45,473 nucleotides of DNA, from positions 1 through 45,473 of the forward strand of contig QPMI01000240.1 in assembly GCA_004431415.1 (NCBI GenBank), given 5' to 3'. The translations under genes and the position numbers were made by a program. The stretch comes from Cyanophora paradoxa CCMP329. Taxonomy: Eukaryota > Plantae > Glaucophyta. Under the pieces are notes generated by a model, which was not told where the DNA came from, ran no database searches, and was given only the letters and a program-made list of their open reading frames with translations. This document shows positions 10,031-21,864 of this stretch, piece after piece (the stretch's first letter is position 1; every line of letters begins with the position of its first letter).

Positions 10031-13000
10031 GCGCAGTGGGAGGCAAGGCGCGCGGGGGGCTGGGGCCCGGCGGCATATGTGGCATGCGAGGCGTGATGCA
10101 GCTGGGGCCCCGGCAGGTGGTTAGACCCTGTCCGTCGATCCAACTAGTAGACGTCGGAGTGGTCATGCTCGAGGGCCCCCGCATTTGCGTGCGGCCGCAA
10201 GCAAGGAGGGCAGCGATAGCTCCAAGAGCAATGAGAAGGGGACTGGCCATGGGGAGAAAGGGGATGAGGGGAAGGTGCAGGACGGGATGCGCAGCAGCAG
10301 GTTGAATGTGCCACAAGAGGGCGGCGATGATGGTGAGGAGCTTGGGGGAGTAGTGTGGGTACGGGGCTTTCTTTAAGGGGCCACGGGGGGATATAGTGTC
10401 TAGAGCAGTTTGTAGGGCGTGGCCTGCTAAAGCAGAAACGGTCACTATCGAAATAAATTCTAGGGGTTCTGGAGGATGGCCTAGAAGAAGGAGGAAAGGC
10501 AGGGTAAACGGTGCAGCCAGCACAGCCGGGGCCAGGCCCGGGTCATCTGAGACATAGAGTGCATGCAGGAGATCAGCCCCGAGCTGCCATAGTGCACAGG
10601 AAAGCACATGCCATTCGGCCGCGAGGAAGGCCGGGAAAATAATAGAAAATTCAAGGAGACGGGGTGCGAGAAGGAGAGCAAAGTCGGCGAGGCGGGTCCA
10701 AGCAAACGCTGCCCGGCGGCGTTCCAAAGGGGACAAGGCCGGGGGAGGGCGAGGGGAGGTCGGGGGGGGAGGGACAGGGCAGGTAAGGAGTTGAAGAAGA
10801 GCAGGGCCGGACGAGTTAAGAAACCGCCGGCGGCGCCGGGAGAGGAGTGCGAGCAGAAGGATCCCGGCAGCTGGCGGGGGGAGGGGCAGAGGAGTAGGGG
10901 GAGGCGGGGGCGGGGGGAGGGAGAAGGGTGGGAGGGGGGGAGCAGTTGCTCGGGGTGTCCTAAGAGGAGGGGCGGGGGGAGGGCTGGTCGAGGGGGCCGG
11001 GTACGAGGGATCAATGATCCATAATGGGGATACGGGAACCGCTGCAATAACGAAGCGGAGGGCGTCGATAAGGTGAGGGGCAGTTGTAAGGGGAGGGAGG
11101 GCAAGGAGACAGTGAAGGGAGAGGATAAGGAGGGGGGCCCCGCGGTAAGGGCCTCCACATCGACGCCCGCGGGCTCGTCGCGCATGCTGGGCTTGCCGGC
11201 GGGCGCGAATGAGGAGGGGACGGTGGGCGCTGGGAGCGGGATCGGGAAAAACAAGGTGGCGAAGGAAGCGAGCAGACAGCAGGAGGAGAAGCAGCGAGGG
11301 GAGGGCGAGGAAGGCGGGGGAGAGCTGAAGATAAGACGGGGGCCTGATAGAAGGGGGGAAGAAAGAGGCGGGAGAGGCGGGGAGAGGGGGCGGTGCCCTA
11401 GGGGTAGTCCACAAGGGGAGAGGGGGGGGGTCAGGGGGGGCCGAGAGAGGAGGCGACTCCGCGAAGGACACTGCGGAGGGGTCCAAGGGGGGGAAAGGAG
11501 AGTTCTATGTAAGAGCCGGGCAATCAAAGGGTGAAGTGGGGGGTACTCTGAGAGGCGGGGGGGTAGCTGGAAGAGAGATGAGAAAGGGGGTAGTGAGAGG
11601 GCGAGGAGAAAGGAAAGAAGAGAGAGGAGAGAGAGGGCGGAGAGGGCGAGTAGCTCGGGGGTTGTGATATGGGGCAGGGGAGGGCACGAGCCGTGCAGGA
11701 AGGCATAACGGGGGGAAGTGGAGGCCGTACAGGGGGAAGGGGGGTCAGGGACTGCCGTTAACGGGCGTCGGCGCGGCTCAGGGGCGGGCTGGAGGCGGGG
11801 CTCTCGGGCTGGGCGGCGGCGGGTGGCGTGGCCCTTGAGGCGCCGGGCGAGGAGGGGCGGGCGGGGTCGGGGAATGGAGCGGCCAGACGAGAGCGCGAAT
11901 CGGACCGTGAGGCGGACACCCCGGGGCGGGGCAGGAGAACTGGCGAGGGAGCTGGCCTGCGGAGCCATCGGGCGCGTCCTCACAGCTGCTGGGGGGGGTA
12001 AAGAGGGCCAGCTGTTCCGGAGGGCAAGAGCGGCTGCAACGTTGCAACGTGCCCGCGCCGTCGAGAAGGGAGGGCGCGCGGGCAGGGGCGTCAGCGGGCG
12101 CAGGGTACGGGGGCGTACACGATTGGACTGTGCAGGGCGGAGGCCAGGTAGGGGGAGGTCGGGGCGGGAGGGCGGCGCAGCAGAAACCTGCAGCTCAGCC
12201 GGTAGGGGTGGGGGGGCCCGGGAGCTGAAGAAACGACGGAGGCGACGCGGATGACTCTTCCGCGAGGCCCGGGGCCGGCGAGGCGAGGGTCGGCTCTGAT
12301 AGGGGGAGAAGGGCGAGCGCGGGAGCCAAGGAGTTGCACCAGCGAGGGCCGGGCGGGGTGTAGGGCAAGAGCGGGGGCGGGAGCGGCGAAGGCGTCGGCG
12401 GGCGGACCTCGGCAGGGGCCGCCAGGGCCGGCGACGGCGGCAGGGCGTGGGGCCTAGCAGCGGGGCGGGACGGCGAGGGGGGCGGAGTAGGCGCGGCGAT
12501 CGGGGGCCCCGGCGGAGGCCCGGGGGTCCGGGTTCGACTTCGCGGGGGGCGGGCTCGGCGGCATCGTCTAGGCGCCGGCGTCGTCGGACATAGCCCCGGA
12601 CGCCGATTCCCACGGACAGGCTAAGCGCCATGAGTGTCGCCAAGGCGGCCCAGCTGGGACTAGATAGGAGCCCGAGGATCTCAGAGGCGTAGACGTAGGG
12701 AGGGGAAGCCCAGGTGGAGGGTTCAGCTAGGGGCCCGAGGACCGGGGCAAAGCTAGCCGCCAGCGGGAGGAGGGCGAGGAAAAGAAAAGAAAACAGACCA
12801 AAAGTGGAGACGCCATGCCGGAGACCCAGTTTCCTGCGAGGAAGGTGTGGCATGAGAGGGTCGAGGTGGAGAGGCGGGCGGCGGGCGGGCGGGCGGGAGC
12901 GCGCGCGCGGCGGAGAGCGAACAGCAGGGGGGCATCTTACCCCGGTGAGCCTTGCGGCCCCGGGGGATCGACGCGCGGGTTGCCTATCCTCGGAGAGCCG

Positions 13001-13702
13001 GGCCGCGCGACGACGGCGTGTGGCCCCGTGGCATCGGCGCAGCGGGGGAGACCGGACGGCTAGCCAAACCGCACGACGACGGTGTAAGGCCCCGTTACAT
13101 CGGTTCCTGTGTGGATTGAGGGGGGGCTTATTCATGGATAGCCAAACCGCACGACGACGGTGTAAGGCCCCATGACATCGGCCAGAGCGAGGCATGCCTT
13201 TAGCGTCGGCAGCGAACGCGGGGGGCACGTCGTTCGAACGTCGGCCGCCCGCGCCCGCCACGCAGTGAAAGAGTGGTGATTTGAGAACTGCGGGGCGGGC
13301 GTGAGGCCCGGGCGGGTGGCGCGAACGACGCGCGAGGCGGGGTGATGTCCCTTCGCAAGGGCGCATCGCACGGGGGCTTCTGCAAGCAGAAGGAGCTTGT
13401 TCGGTCGGTCGCCGCCCGGCTCGAGTTCCGTCGCGGGCGGCGTTGGCTTCTTGGTGGTCGCTCGGCTCGAGAGTGAGCGCGGCGCCACATCGTTCGACTC
13501 CCTCTGCACCGCCGAGCTGCGACGCCGCTTGGATTGCATCTTGTTGTTGGCGTTGCGTCGCGAGCCTTGTTTTCGGCTCCGGTGTGCTCGGGCGGTGTCC
13601 TCCAGCTCCGTTTGGTGCCGGGAGGCTGTTTATGCTGCTGGACGATGCGCTAGCATCGCCAGTTTCCCGTACGCGCAGGCCTTCGCGATGGCCTGGGTAC
13701 AT
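10030..13702 (-). CDS. N-terminal hydrophobic, Pro/Arg-rich part of the retrotransposon ORF (one frameshift near 11490)
   Basis: ORFs 10481-14419 and 8820-11486 overlap and switch frame at a G run. They contain several Leu-rich hydrophobic stretches. The first ATG inside the element is at 13702; the true start is uncertain. Confidence 0.55.
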
Positions 13703-13710
13703 CGTTTTTT

Positions 13711-14600
13711 TCCCACCTCGACCTCCCCGGGGCCGCCGTCGCTGCCCCGGCCGGCGCGCAGGCTCCTCCGGCGGACGGGGCGCACCGGCCCTGCGGCAGA
13801 CCAGGACGCACGCACCGGCCTCCTCGCCCCCGTCTTCCGTCCGGGATCCTCCGCGACCTCTGCACCGCGCGCCCCGCCCCGGCCCGCCCCGCCCCGGCGG
13901 CGCGTGATTCGGCGTTGGGCGCAGGTCGTGGAGGGCCGGGACGAGGACCGGAGGGGCTCGCTGCCGACGCGCGCGGCGGGCGCCTCGTCGTCCACAGGCT
14001 GGGGCCTGGTGCGCCCCCGGACCCCCGCCCCGCCCGGCCGCCCCGAGGGCCCCCGCGCCGGCGGGCCCCGGGGACGCTGCTCTGCGGCTGCGGGCGGAGT
14101 GGTGCGGGGCGGGGCCCCTCCGGAGACCTCTTAGGCTCCTCGCCGCGCCCGCGGCTGCAGCGACGCCGACGCGGATCCGGAGGCCGCGCCGCGTCGGCGG
14201 GCGCGCTGCAGGCGCCCCGCCCGCCCCGGCCCCCCGCCCCGGCGACCTCCCCCCCGGCTCGTGGCGGAGTGCGCCTGGCGCCCCTCCCGAACGTCGCGCC
14301 GCTCGCGCCCCTGGCGGGGCGGCGGGGCGCGGCGGGCGGCGGGCTCGACCTCCTCTCCGCGAGGGACCGTCGGACGCCGCCGGCCGCGCGCCCCGCCAGC
14401 GGCAGTCGCACATGTACACCGCCGCTCACGCCGTCGGCGCGCAAGGCCTCCGGATCCGGCACCGTCCCGCAAGACAGCTGGCCACATCGTTCGAGTCCGA
14501 GGGATCCTGGTGGAGTAATTGGAGTCCGGAAGCAGTGTCAAAAGTATTACAGCACCTTCCGCTGGCGTGGGCGCCAGGTGCGACGTTGATCTCGATCTAG
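13711..14600 (+). pseudogene. 3' part of an unknown host gene, cut on its 5' side by the retrotransposon
   Basis: Host-type intron ((CCCCG)n ... GCGCAG at ~13924) and a frame ending ...SWWSNWSPEAVSKVLQHLPLAWAPGATLISI*. No recognisable domain. Confidence 0.3.
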
Positions 14601-15657
14601 CATTGGATCGCTACCTTAGCTTGAGATAATTTCGCACAGATTTCGACTGCAGGTCTTCCAGCAAAAGATGTGAGCGGTGTTCACGTATCTGAATCTGGGT
14701 TACTCTAAATCGCGGACAGGACGCCATCAAGAAACGGGACCGCCTCGCTATCATTTGCGATCACATCGACGCTAGGACTGGGTGGTCACCTCGTCTTTCA
14801 GATGGTATTCTAAATTACCCTCGTTCTGGTGCGTTTGAAATACGCGAATTTATGAATACATAAGGAAAGAGTCTATAGCTACGACTGAATTTGGATCAAC
14901 GCAGAATACGAGGGGGAGGAGTTTTATGCCGCCCTTCAGAGGGGCGAGCTCGATCCAATCGATCACGAAGATATCCACAATCACGTCTTCCGAAGTTCGC
15001 TTTTCTAAAGCGACACGAGGACTCCGGCCGAGTCTCCGCCTTACAAGAGGTCCTTTCAAAAGTTTCTTATTCGCTTTTTCGCAAGCACAAAGTGGCGAAT
15101 TCAAATTTTTTAATGCGCGGATTCCTCGAGTTCGACGTCGAGCCAGGGAGGCATCGGCCGCGGGCTTCCGCGGAGTCTCCCGCTTCGAGGAAGGCTTGTG
15201 GCGCGGAAAGTTCTGCTGGCGGAGTCTCGACTTCTCTTCTGCATCTTCTTGGGATGCTCAGGTGATCGAGATCGTCATGCGCAAGGCGATGAGAGTGCAC
15301 GTGACTCAGTGACATCGACGATGCGTTCTGCGCTTCTTCTCGGGAGGCGGCGCGGTTGACGTTCCGCGACCGAGTTCCGCGACCCTCTGCCGCCAGCGGC
15401 TCGACGAGCGCGAGGGCACATGTACGCCCTCCCCGCAGCGCGCGCAGGACGCTCAGCTCAATTTCGACCCGTCCGGCACCTCTGATCGGATAAAACAATT
15501 CCGGAATTCGAATAGTATTCTTAAAAAATCCGTCCTTTGCATTTCCGGAATAATTTCAATCGACCGCGGATTCCAGGTTTCAAGAACGAGCCGTTCTTCG
15601 TCGACCTGCAAGACGGAAAGCTCAACGGGTACATCGAAGCAGCCTCGAACCCCCGCG
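14043..15657 (+). repeat. Left copy of ~1.6-kb direct repeat (putative giant target-site duplication)
   Basis: Near-identical to 24265-25864. Starts CCGAGGGCCCC and ends CCTCGAACCCCCGCG, directly before retrotransposon sequence. Confidence 0.95.
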
Positions 15658-16189
15658 GCCTGGAAATACGACACCAGCACCTTCCCCACCCAAGCCTGGA
15701 AACATGTCCACACGGGAGAAGACGCCGCAGAGTTCATTGGCCGTGGCGAGGAAGTCCATCTGTACGGCAAAGGACGGGGCCGCCCCATCCCCCTCCACGC
15801 CCCCATCTACCGGGAACGTTGGGCGGCCGCCCTCCTCCTCCGGGACCCTGAGGTCCTCCTGGGGACAATCCAGACCAACGGCCCGGCACTCACAACAAAA
15901 CGGCGACGCACGACCCCACGCACCAGCTCCCGCCCCCCCCAGCACACGGCCGCAAAAGCCCGCCGCCGTGTCCGACGCAAATGTGACCCCACCCCCCCTC
16001 CCTTCCGCCCCCCCCTCCCCCTCGTCCCCCACCCCCCCGGTCTCTCAACTCCCCTCCCCCTCCTCGCAACCCCCCACCCCCCCCACGCCCACTCCCCACC
16101 CCCACGCCCTCCGGCGCCCGAGGACCGCCCAGCTGCCTCCCCAGGCCGAACCCCCGTCCACCCGACTGAATTCCCCCTCCCCCGCCCCC

Positions 16190-16990
16190 TGACGCTGGCG
16201 GAGCAAAGCTGGCTGGGGAATGCCTTCCGGTTTGCAGACAATGATTACTGCGCGGAGCAAACCCTCGTGTCGCAGCCTCCCCTTCCACCTGCCCCCAGAG
16301 CCGACCCTCACTGTTACCCACCCATTCGTCGAGGCGACCTTATCCATCTCCGGCCGAAAGCCGCCCTCAGCCTCCCCCTAGTGGAAGCTTTCCTTGACCT
16401 GCTCTCCTCCCGCGAAGCCGCCCTGGCCTCGCCCCACCCTGCCTACTTCCTGTCGTCCAGCTCATACCCCGCTAGTGCATGCGCAGCCTCCCACTTTGAC
16501 TCCCGCGGCGCCGCTCTCCCCCCCTGCACCAATACCTTCCTCACGGACGCCTTCTCAAAGCCCGCCTCGTTCTCGTTCCCATCCTTACCTATCGCTCCAC
16601 CCAACATATTCCACCGACCCCTTGCCGACCCCCCCTCCCGAAGATCCTGGCACCCCAGGGCCCCCGGGTCACTGGCATCTATTGGTTCTCCTTCCTCAAA
16701 CGCGATCGTTCTACTTCCACAACGGCTCCTCGAAGTCCCCGACCACCTTGTCTCCTTTGCACAAGACCTGGCAGCCACCTGGAATCAGCGCGACTCCGGA
16801 GTCTCCCCCCCTCCCCCAATTTTGCAGGTGGACCTACCTACGTCCGGAGACATCCCTCTCCGTTCTCCAGCCCCCCAACAGCACGGCCTGCGGTCCCCTC
16901 CTTCTCCTTACAGCTGACTTACTCAGTCGCTCCTCCGCACTTACCCCGTCGGACCTGCCCCGCCCCCCGCCTACATTCAGACCGACGCTG
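16190..16990 (+). CDS. Ulp1/SENP-like (C48, clan CE) cysteine protease domain in the retrotransposon ORF, frameshifted in this assembly
   Basis: Ordered motifs across frames: IRRGDLIHLRP...LVEAFLDLL, AYFLSS, RLVLVPI, GHWHLLVL (His 16670), SFYFHNG, LQPPNSTACG (Gln 16868, Cys 16889). Confidence 0.7.
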
Positions 16991-17223
16991 CAGCGCTCCG
17001 CAAATACCGCGAATATATAGCCCTCAGCCTCTGTTACGGGTCCGTCACCCTTGACCCGATATGCTGCAGTCCCGCTCTCCCGGCCCTCAGACCCCCACCG
17101 ACCTTCCCGGGGCGTACCCAACCGCCACGCCGCCCCCAGTCTCCACCGGCGGTACCCTGCCTACGCTAGACTCCCCACCATCCTCCCCCGACCACCCAGC
17201 CCTCCCGCGCTCCCCCACTGTGC

Positions 17224-19940
17224 TTGTGTCTCCCCCGCCCCGCCCCGCAGGGCCTGCCACCCCCCCCCCCTCCCGGCGCTCGCTACGCACAAGAACTCGC
17301 CTCCCAGCTCGCCGACCTGGCTCGCAACGAAGCCTCGGCAACAGCGCGCCGCCTCTTCCGACCGTCCCACGTGACTCCACTTGAAGCGGCAACCATTCTA
17401 GCTGAAGCTGCTCACCGGGACGCCACCCAGCCGCAACCAAGGTCCGCCAAAACATCTAAAGCAGCCGCAAAGAAAGAGACGGCCAGGACCCCGGCCAAGA
17501 ACCGCATCCCGAACCCAGCTTACACCCCCGACAACCTCCACAATGACGCCGTCGACAAGCTTGCCAAATCGGCCCCTAACGCCCCCCTCTCAGCCCTCCT
17601 CTTCGTCCCCACAGTTTCACATGCTTCCTCATCCGCGTCGGCCTCCCACCTCCGCCATCGCACGCCCAGCCCCGGGAGTCGAACCATACCGAGGCCGACT
17701 CCACGCGTACCGCGTCGAAGGAGACCCCGCTCTCACTTCCTAGCCGAAGCCTCCCTCTCCCAATACCTTGACTGGCGCCAGCTTCGCAATGCGGGGGCCA
17801 TCCTCAGTAACCCCCACGTCACCCTTGCCCCGGCCCTCTCTCTCGTATCCGATAAGCCGCCGGATCGCCGAACCCCCACAGGCGACCACCTCCGCAAGGT
17901 CCGATTCCAATGCATTCTCGGAGCTCTCCCCTCCCTCACCGTCCGCCTCCTTCACGACCCCGACCTCTACGGCCCTCTCTTCCCTGACGGCACCGCCCAC
18001 TGCCCTTTCTGCCACCTCTCTCCCACCCCTGCCCCAATCCCGGACGACACTGTCTCCCCCCCCTCCTCCCCTCCCCACCCCCCCTCCCCCCCCCCCTCCC
18101 CTCCGGGGGCCGCAGACCCCGGACCGCCCGACCCACAACCCACCCCCCCGAAGACTTTGCTCACATATTTACTTGCCCCGCCGCTCATCTCCTCCTCCAA
18201 GCTTTCCAGGACGCACTCGTGACCTTCCTCCGCACCCGGGTTCTCCGCCATTCGCCCAAACCCTTAGGACACGACGACACTATCTTTGAACTCTTCCCTT
18301 CCTCCGCCTCGTCTCCCCTGACCCCACCTCCCCCTCCAATCCGCCTCCTCTCTCCCAATGCAAATCCAGCCCTTTTCCGCCCCCCGGTCTCACCGACACC
18401 CTATGGAAAAGCTTAGCCCAGCCCTGGCTGACATGCTCCCCTTCCCTGCCCTGCCCTCCTGCGCCTGGGTACCCCAGCAGGATTGCCCGCCCTCTGCACA
18501 GCCCTGGGCATCAACAAGACCACCACATCGCTAATCCAAAAAGACCGAGCTCTGCTCCTCGACCAACACCTGCGTGCAATCTGGAGGGACCGCTGCACCC
18601 GCAATCACGCTTGGGAGTTCCGTCACGGCATTACGGACAGAACCAAACGCCGGTACCGCAAATGGGCAGGCCTCAACCGCCCACCTCCCGAGCAGCCGCC
18701 TGGTCCCCTCCTCCCCCAATCCTCCCCGCCCCCTCCCTCCATGACACCATCTCCATCACCAACTTCTGCTGCGGATTGAGCTCGGACGGCCAACCTTGGG
18801 TCCTCCTTGCGAATCTCCGCCAAACAATTGCACGACTCCCTGCCGCCCCCCACCCAGGCCCCTCCCTCCCCAGCCGCCGCCGCAGGACCCGCCGCCGGGA
18901 CCTCTGATTTCTCTTGCACCTGCGGCACCCGCTTCCCCTCCGCAGCTGCCCTCCAAGCTCACTCCGACGCCAGAAAAGGAAAATGCCCTGCCCGCCCCGA
19001 GATCATCCCCTGCCCTACCTTCCAACCTGTGGTACCCCTATCACGACCGTCACCCGAGAACCCCGACGATGTTGTCCTGCCCGCCTCACCTGCGGGCCCT
19101 ATGAACACTGCTCAACCTTCCAAACGCCCCGCTACGGGGCCCCCCCTGGCCCTCTCCCCGAAACGCCCACGCCCGTCGCCTGCCTCGCGCAAACGGACAG
19201 CCGATACACCCCTCGCTCCGGCACCCAAACGCCCGTGCCCCGTCATCCCTCCCCCTCCCGCCCCCGCACCTGCCCCGCCCGTCCCTACGACGAAACGAAA
19301 GGCATCCGGCCGCAAGACCCCCAAGCGCAGGACCAAAAAAGCGCGAACGGTGCCGATACCCATGGGACAACCCACAATCACGTCCCTCTTTACACCCGGC
19401 GTGTATAAACCACTCACGACGCCGCACACAGCTGACTCTCCCCCCCTCTCCCCGCCCCAGCCAACTCTTCCGATCGACAACGAAACCCCGCAAGACGCCG
19501 CCCCTCGGCCCCCCACGGCCCCCCCTCCGACCCAAACTAACCCTCACACACCAAACCCCCAGCCGGCCCCAGTCACCACCCAGGCCTCGGCCCCCCCAGC
19601 GGCTTCGGCCCCTCCCCTGGCTTCGGCCACCCCATCGGCTTCGGCCACCCCCCTGGCTTCGGCCAACCCCATGGCTTCGGCCACTCCCCTCGCTCCGCCC
19701 TCCCCCCCTAACCCGGTCGACCCCTCCCGACCCCTCGCGGCCCGTCTCGCCTCCGCACTCCCAGATCTCTGCGCCGCCTGTCAGTGCCCACGAACTCTCC
19801 ACTCTGTTATCCCCGCACCCCTCCCTGCCTTGCCCGCATCCGCTGCCCGCCCCAAACTGCTGCCTCCGCTCACTCCCTCTCCTTCCTCATCTCCTCCTCC
19901 TACCACCTTCTTCACCTTGACAAAACGGGACACCGTCTAA
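17224..19940 (+). CDS. C-terminal part of the retrotransposon ORF (RNase H end, CCHC, zinc-finger-like motifs, basic NLS-like patches); frameshifted
   Basis: Pieces of ORFs 17224-18222, 18483-18779 and 18807-19940, including FSCTCGTRFPSAAALQAH, KRKASGRKTPKRRTKK, QPTITSLF and CAACQCPRTLH. Stop at 19938-19940. Confidence 0.65.
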
Positions 19941-21039
19941 TCGGGGTCCTGGGGCGCAGGTGAGGAGGAGGGAGGAGGCGGAGTGAGGAGGAGGCCGTAA
20001 GAGTCTGCTAGACCCCTAAAAAAACGATTAGCCAAGTCCAAAAACAGGGTACAGCAAAGCCGGGCGCGCGCCGCCGAGCACGTAGCTAGCGTGCAGCTAG
20101 GCCGGCCAAGGCCCTTGAAGATGGGAGAGAAGACCGGGAAGCGCAAGGAGAAGCAGAAGGATCCCAGTCGGCAAGCGCAGGCGAAAGCTACGTGGGACAA
20201 GCGCCGGAAGTCGGGCGCCGATGCAGGGCCCCAGCAGCAAGCAATCGAATCGAGCGGTTCGTGCTGCAACTTCAACAATTGCTCATAATAGGAACCCGGG
20301 CCGAGTATTCCGTGCGGCACGGTTTCGCAGATTTCCAGGGAGCGGGGCCGGCGGGCGCCCCAGCCGCTCCAGAAGCATCTCGAACATCTCAGAATGTATC
20401 AGAGCCACGTACGCGCGCTTGTCCGGGCCGCGAACGGCCCCCGGTCGACTTCCCGCCACGCCGCCCTGACTTAGACGCAGCGGGAGCGAGTTCCACGCTC
20501 CAGATCGAGCTTCCGTGCCTCATGCTGGCTCAGAGCGCATCGTTCTTGCGTGAGCGGCGCCCGTTCCAGCGCCGCACGCGTGCCGCGGCCTCACGCACGC
20601 GCTAGCGCTCGCAGCGGACCCCAGCGCGGAGCACGCGAGCGCCAGCAGCAGCAGCAGCGCGGCGGGCCCCAGCAACGTCGGAGGCATCGCGCAGCACTTC
20701 GGTGAGCCCGCCGGCGGCGCAGCGCGTGCGTGTAGGATTCGATCCGCCCGCGCGCAGAGAGCCCGCCCGAGCGTGGCGGTACGGAGCTCGCTCTCTACAG
20801 CAGCAGCGACGTGCCCTACGATCCATGGACCTCGGTGCGGCCGCCCCGGGCCTCGCCCCGCACGCGCGGCCGCCCGAGCGCCTGCTGACGCCGCCGCGTC
20901 CGCCGCCGCCGCGCAGACATGAACACCTCTCCCGTCGTGGCCTTCTGCCGCTGCCTCCCGGGGCGCAGCCTCCAACGCCGCGCGGCCGCGCCCGCGAGCG
21001 GCGGCCGCGCGGACGGCGCCCCTCGCCCGACGCCCGCCC

Positions 21040-21310
21040 TCGAGGCCCGCCGCCCCGCCCCGCCGCCCCCGCGCTGGCCGCGGAGCTGATCCGCCGCCCG
21101 CAGCGCCTCCGTCTCGCCGGCGCCGTCCAGTGCCGACGCCCGCCCTCGAGGCCCGCCGCCCCGCCCCGCCCGCCCCCGCGCCGGCCGCGGAGCTGATCCG
21201 CCGCCCGCAGCGCCTCCGTCTCGCCGGCGCCGTCCAGTGCCGACGCCCGCCCCTCGAGGCCCGCCGCCCCGCCCCGCCCGCCCCCGCGCCGGCCGCGGAG
21301 CTGATCCCCC
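21040..21310 (+). repeat. ~107-bp tandem repeat, about 2.5 copies
   Basis: GAGCTGATCC recurs at ~21083, 21190 and 21298. Confidence 0.85.
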
Positions 21311-21864
21311 GTACTGGTGCCGTCCCGTACCCCGCTTCAGCGAGCCGGGCCGCTGACCGTGCGAAAACTGCCCGCTGTGCCGAAAGCGACCATCGCGCTG
21401 CATTTTTACTGCACATTTAGACAAAGAATCATCCTAGCGACCTCCGCGCATCCTCACGCGCGGGAATAGGGAGGCGCAGAGGAGCGCGGCGGCCCAGAGG
21501 GTTCTCCAGGCGAGATCTCGGGCCCCGCTCCTCGCTGGCTGCGGCGCCGGGCGCCGCGCTCGGCGTGTGGATTGGCCATGCCAAGACGCGCACGGGAAGC
21601 CGCGCGGAGCCGTCCGTCGCCGCCGCCGCGCCGAGAAAAGAGGACCTGAAGGAAGGTCACTAAGAAATCATGTACCCCCCGGTTGGGGTACGCACCGCTT
21701 GCCCGTACCCGTCGCCGTCGGGCCGCACAAGTCCGGCGGTCCGGCGCGCCTGCGGTGGCCAGGGACGGGTCGGGAGGTCCGTTCTAGGGATAGTGTCAGA
21801 ATAATGTCAGAATAAGGTCAGGCGGGGGCGTTCAGAACCGGGCGATCTAGAAGCACGTCGAAGC

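Larger units (their letters stand above)
1..13710 (-). mobile_element. Large non-LTR retrotransposon (APE-RT-RNase H, L1-like); 3' end lies outside the window
   Basis: APE, RT and RNase H motifs occur in order on the minus strand. The sense strand is C-rich and lacks the host-type introns. Composition shifts to host-like sequence at ~13711, so the 5' boundary is approximate. Confidence 0.9.

Noticed and set aside
13701-13711. AAAAAAACGAT match between the LINE 5' junction and the TIR
   Set aside because: Only 11 bp, mostly homopolymer; likely chance.
10481-14419. 1312-aa ORF as one real protein
   Set aside because: It reads across the element/host junction at ~13711, and its last ~330 aa follow a probable frameshift.
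18180-18800. Restriction-like endonuclease (Dualen-type) after the CCHC motif
   Set aside because: No PD-(D/E)xK motif seen; the IWRDRC...WE...GI motif fits an L1-like C-terminus instead.
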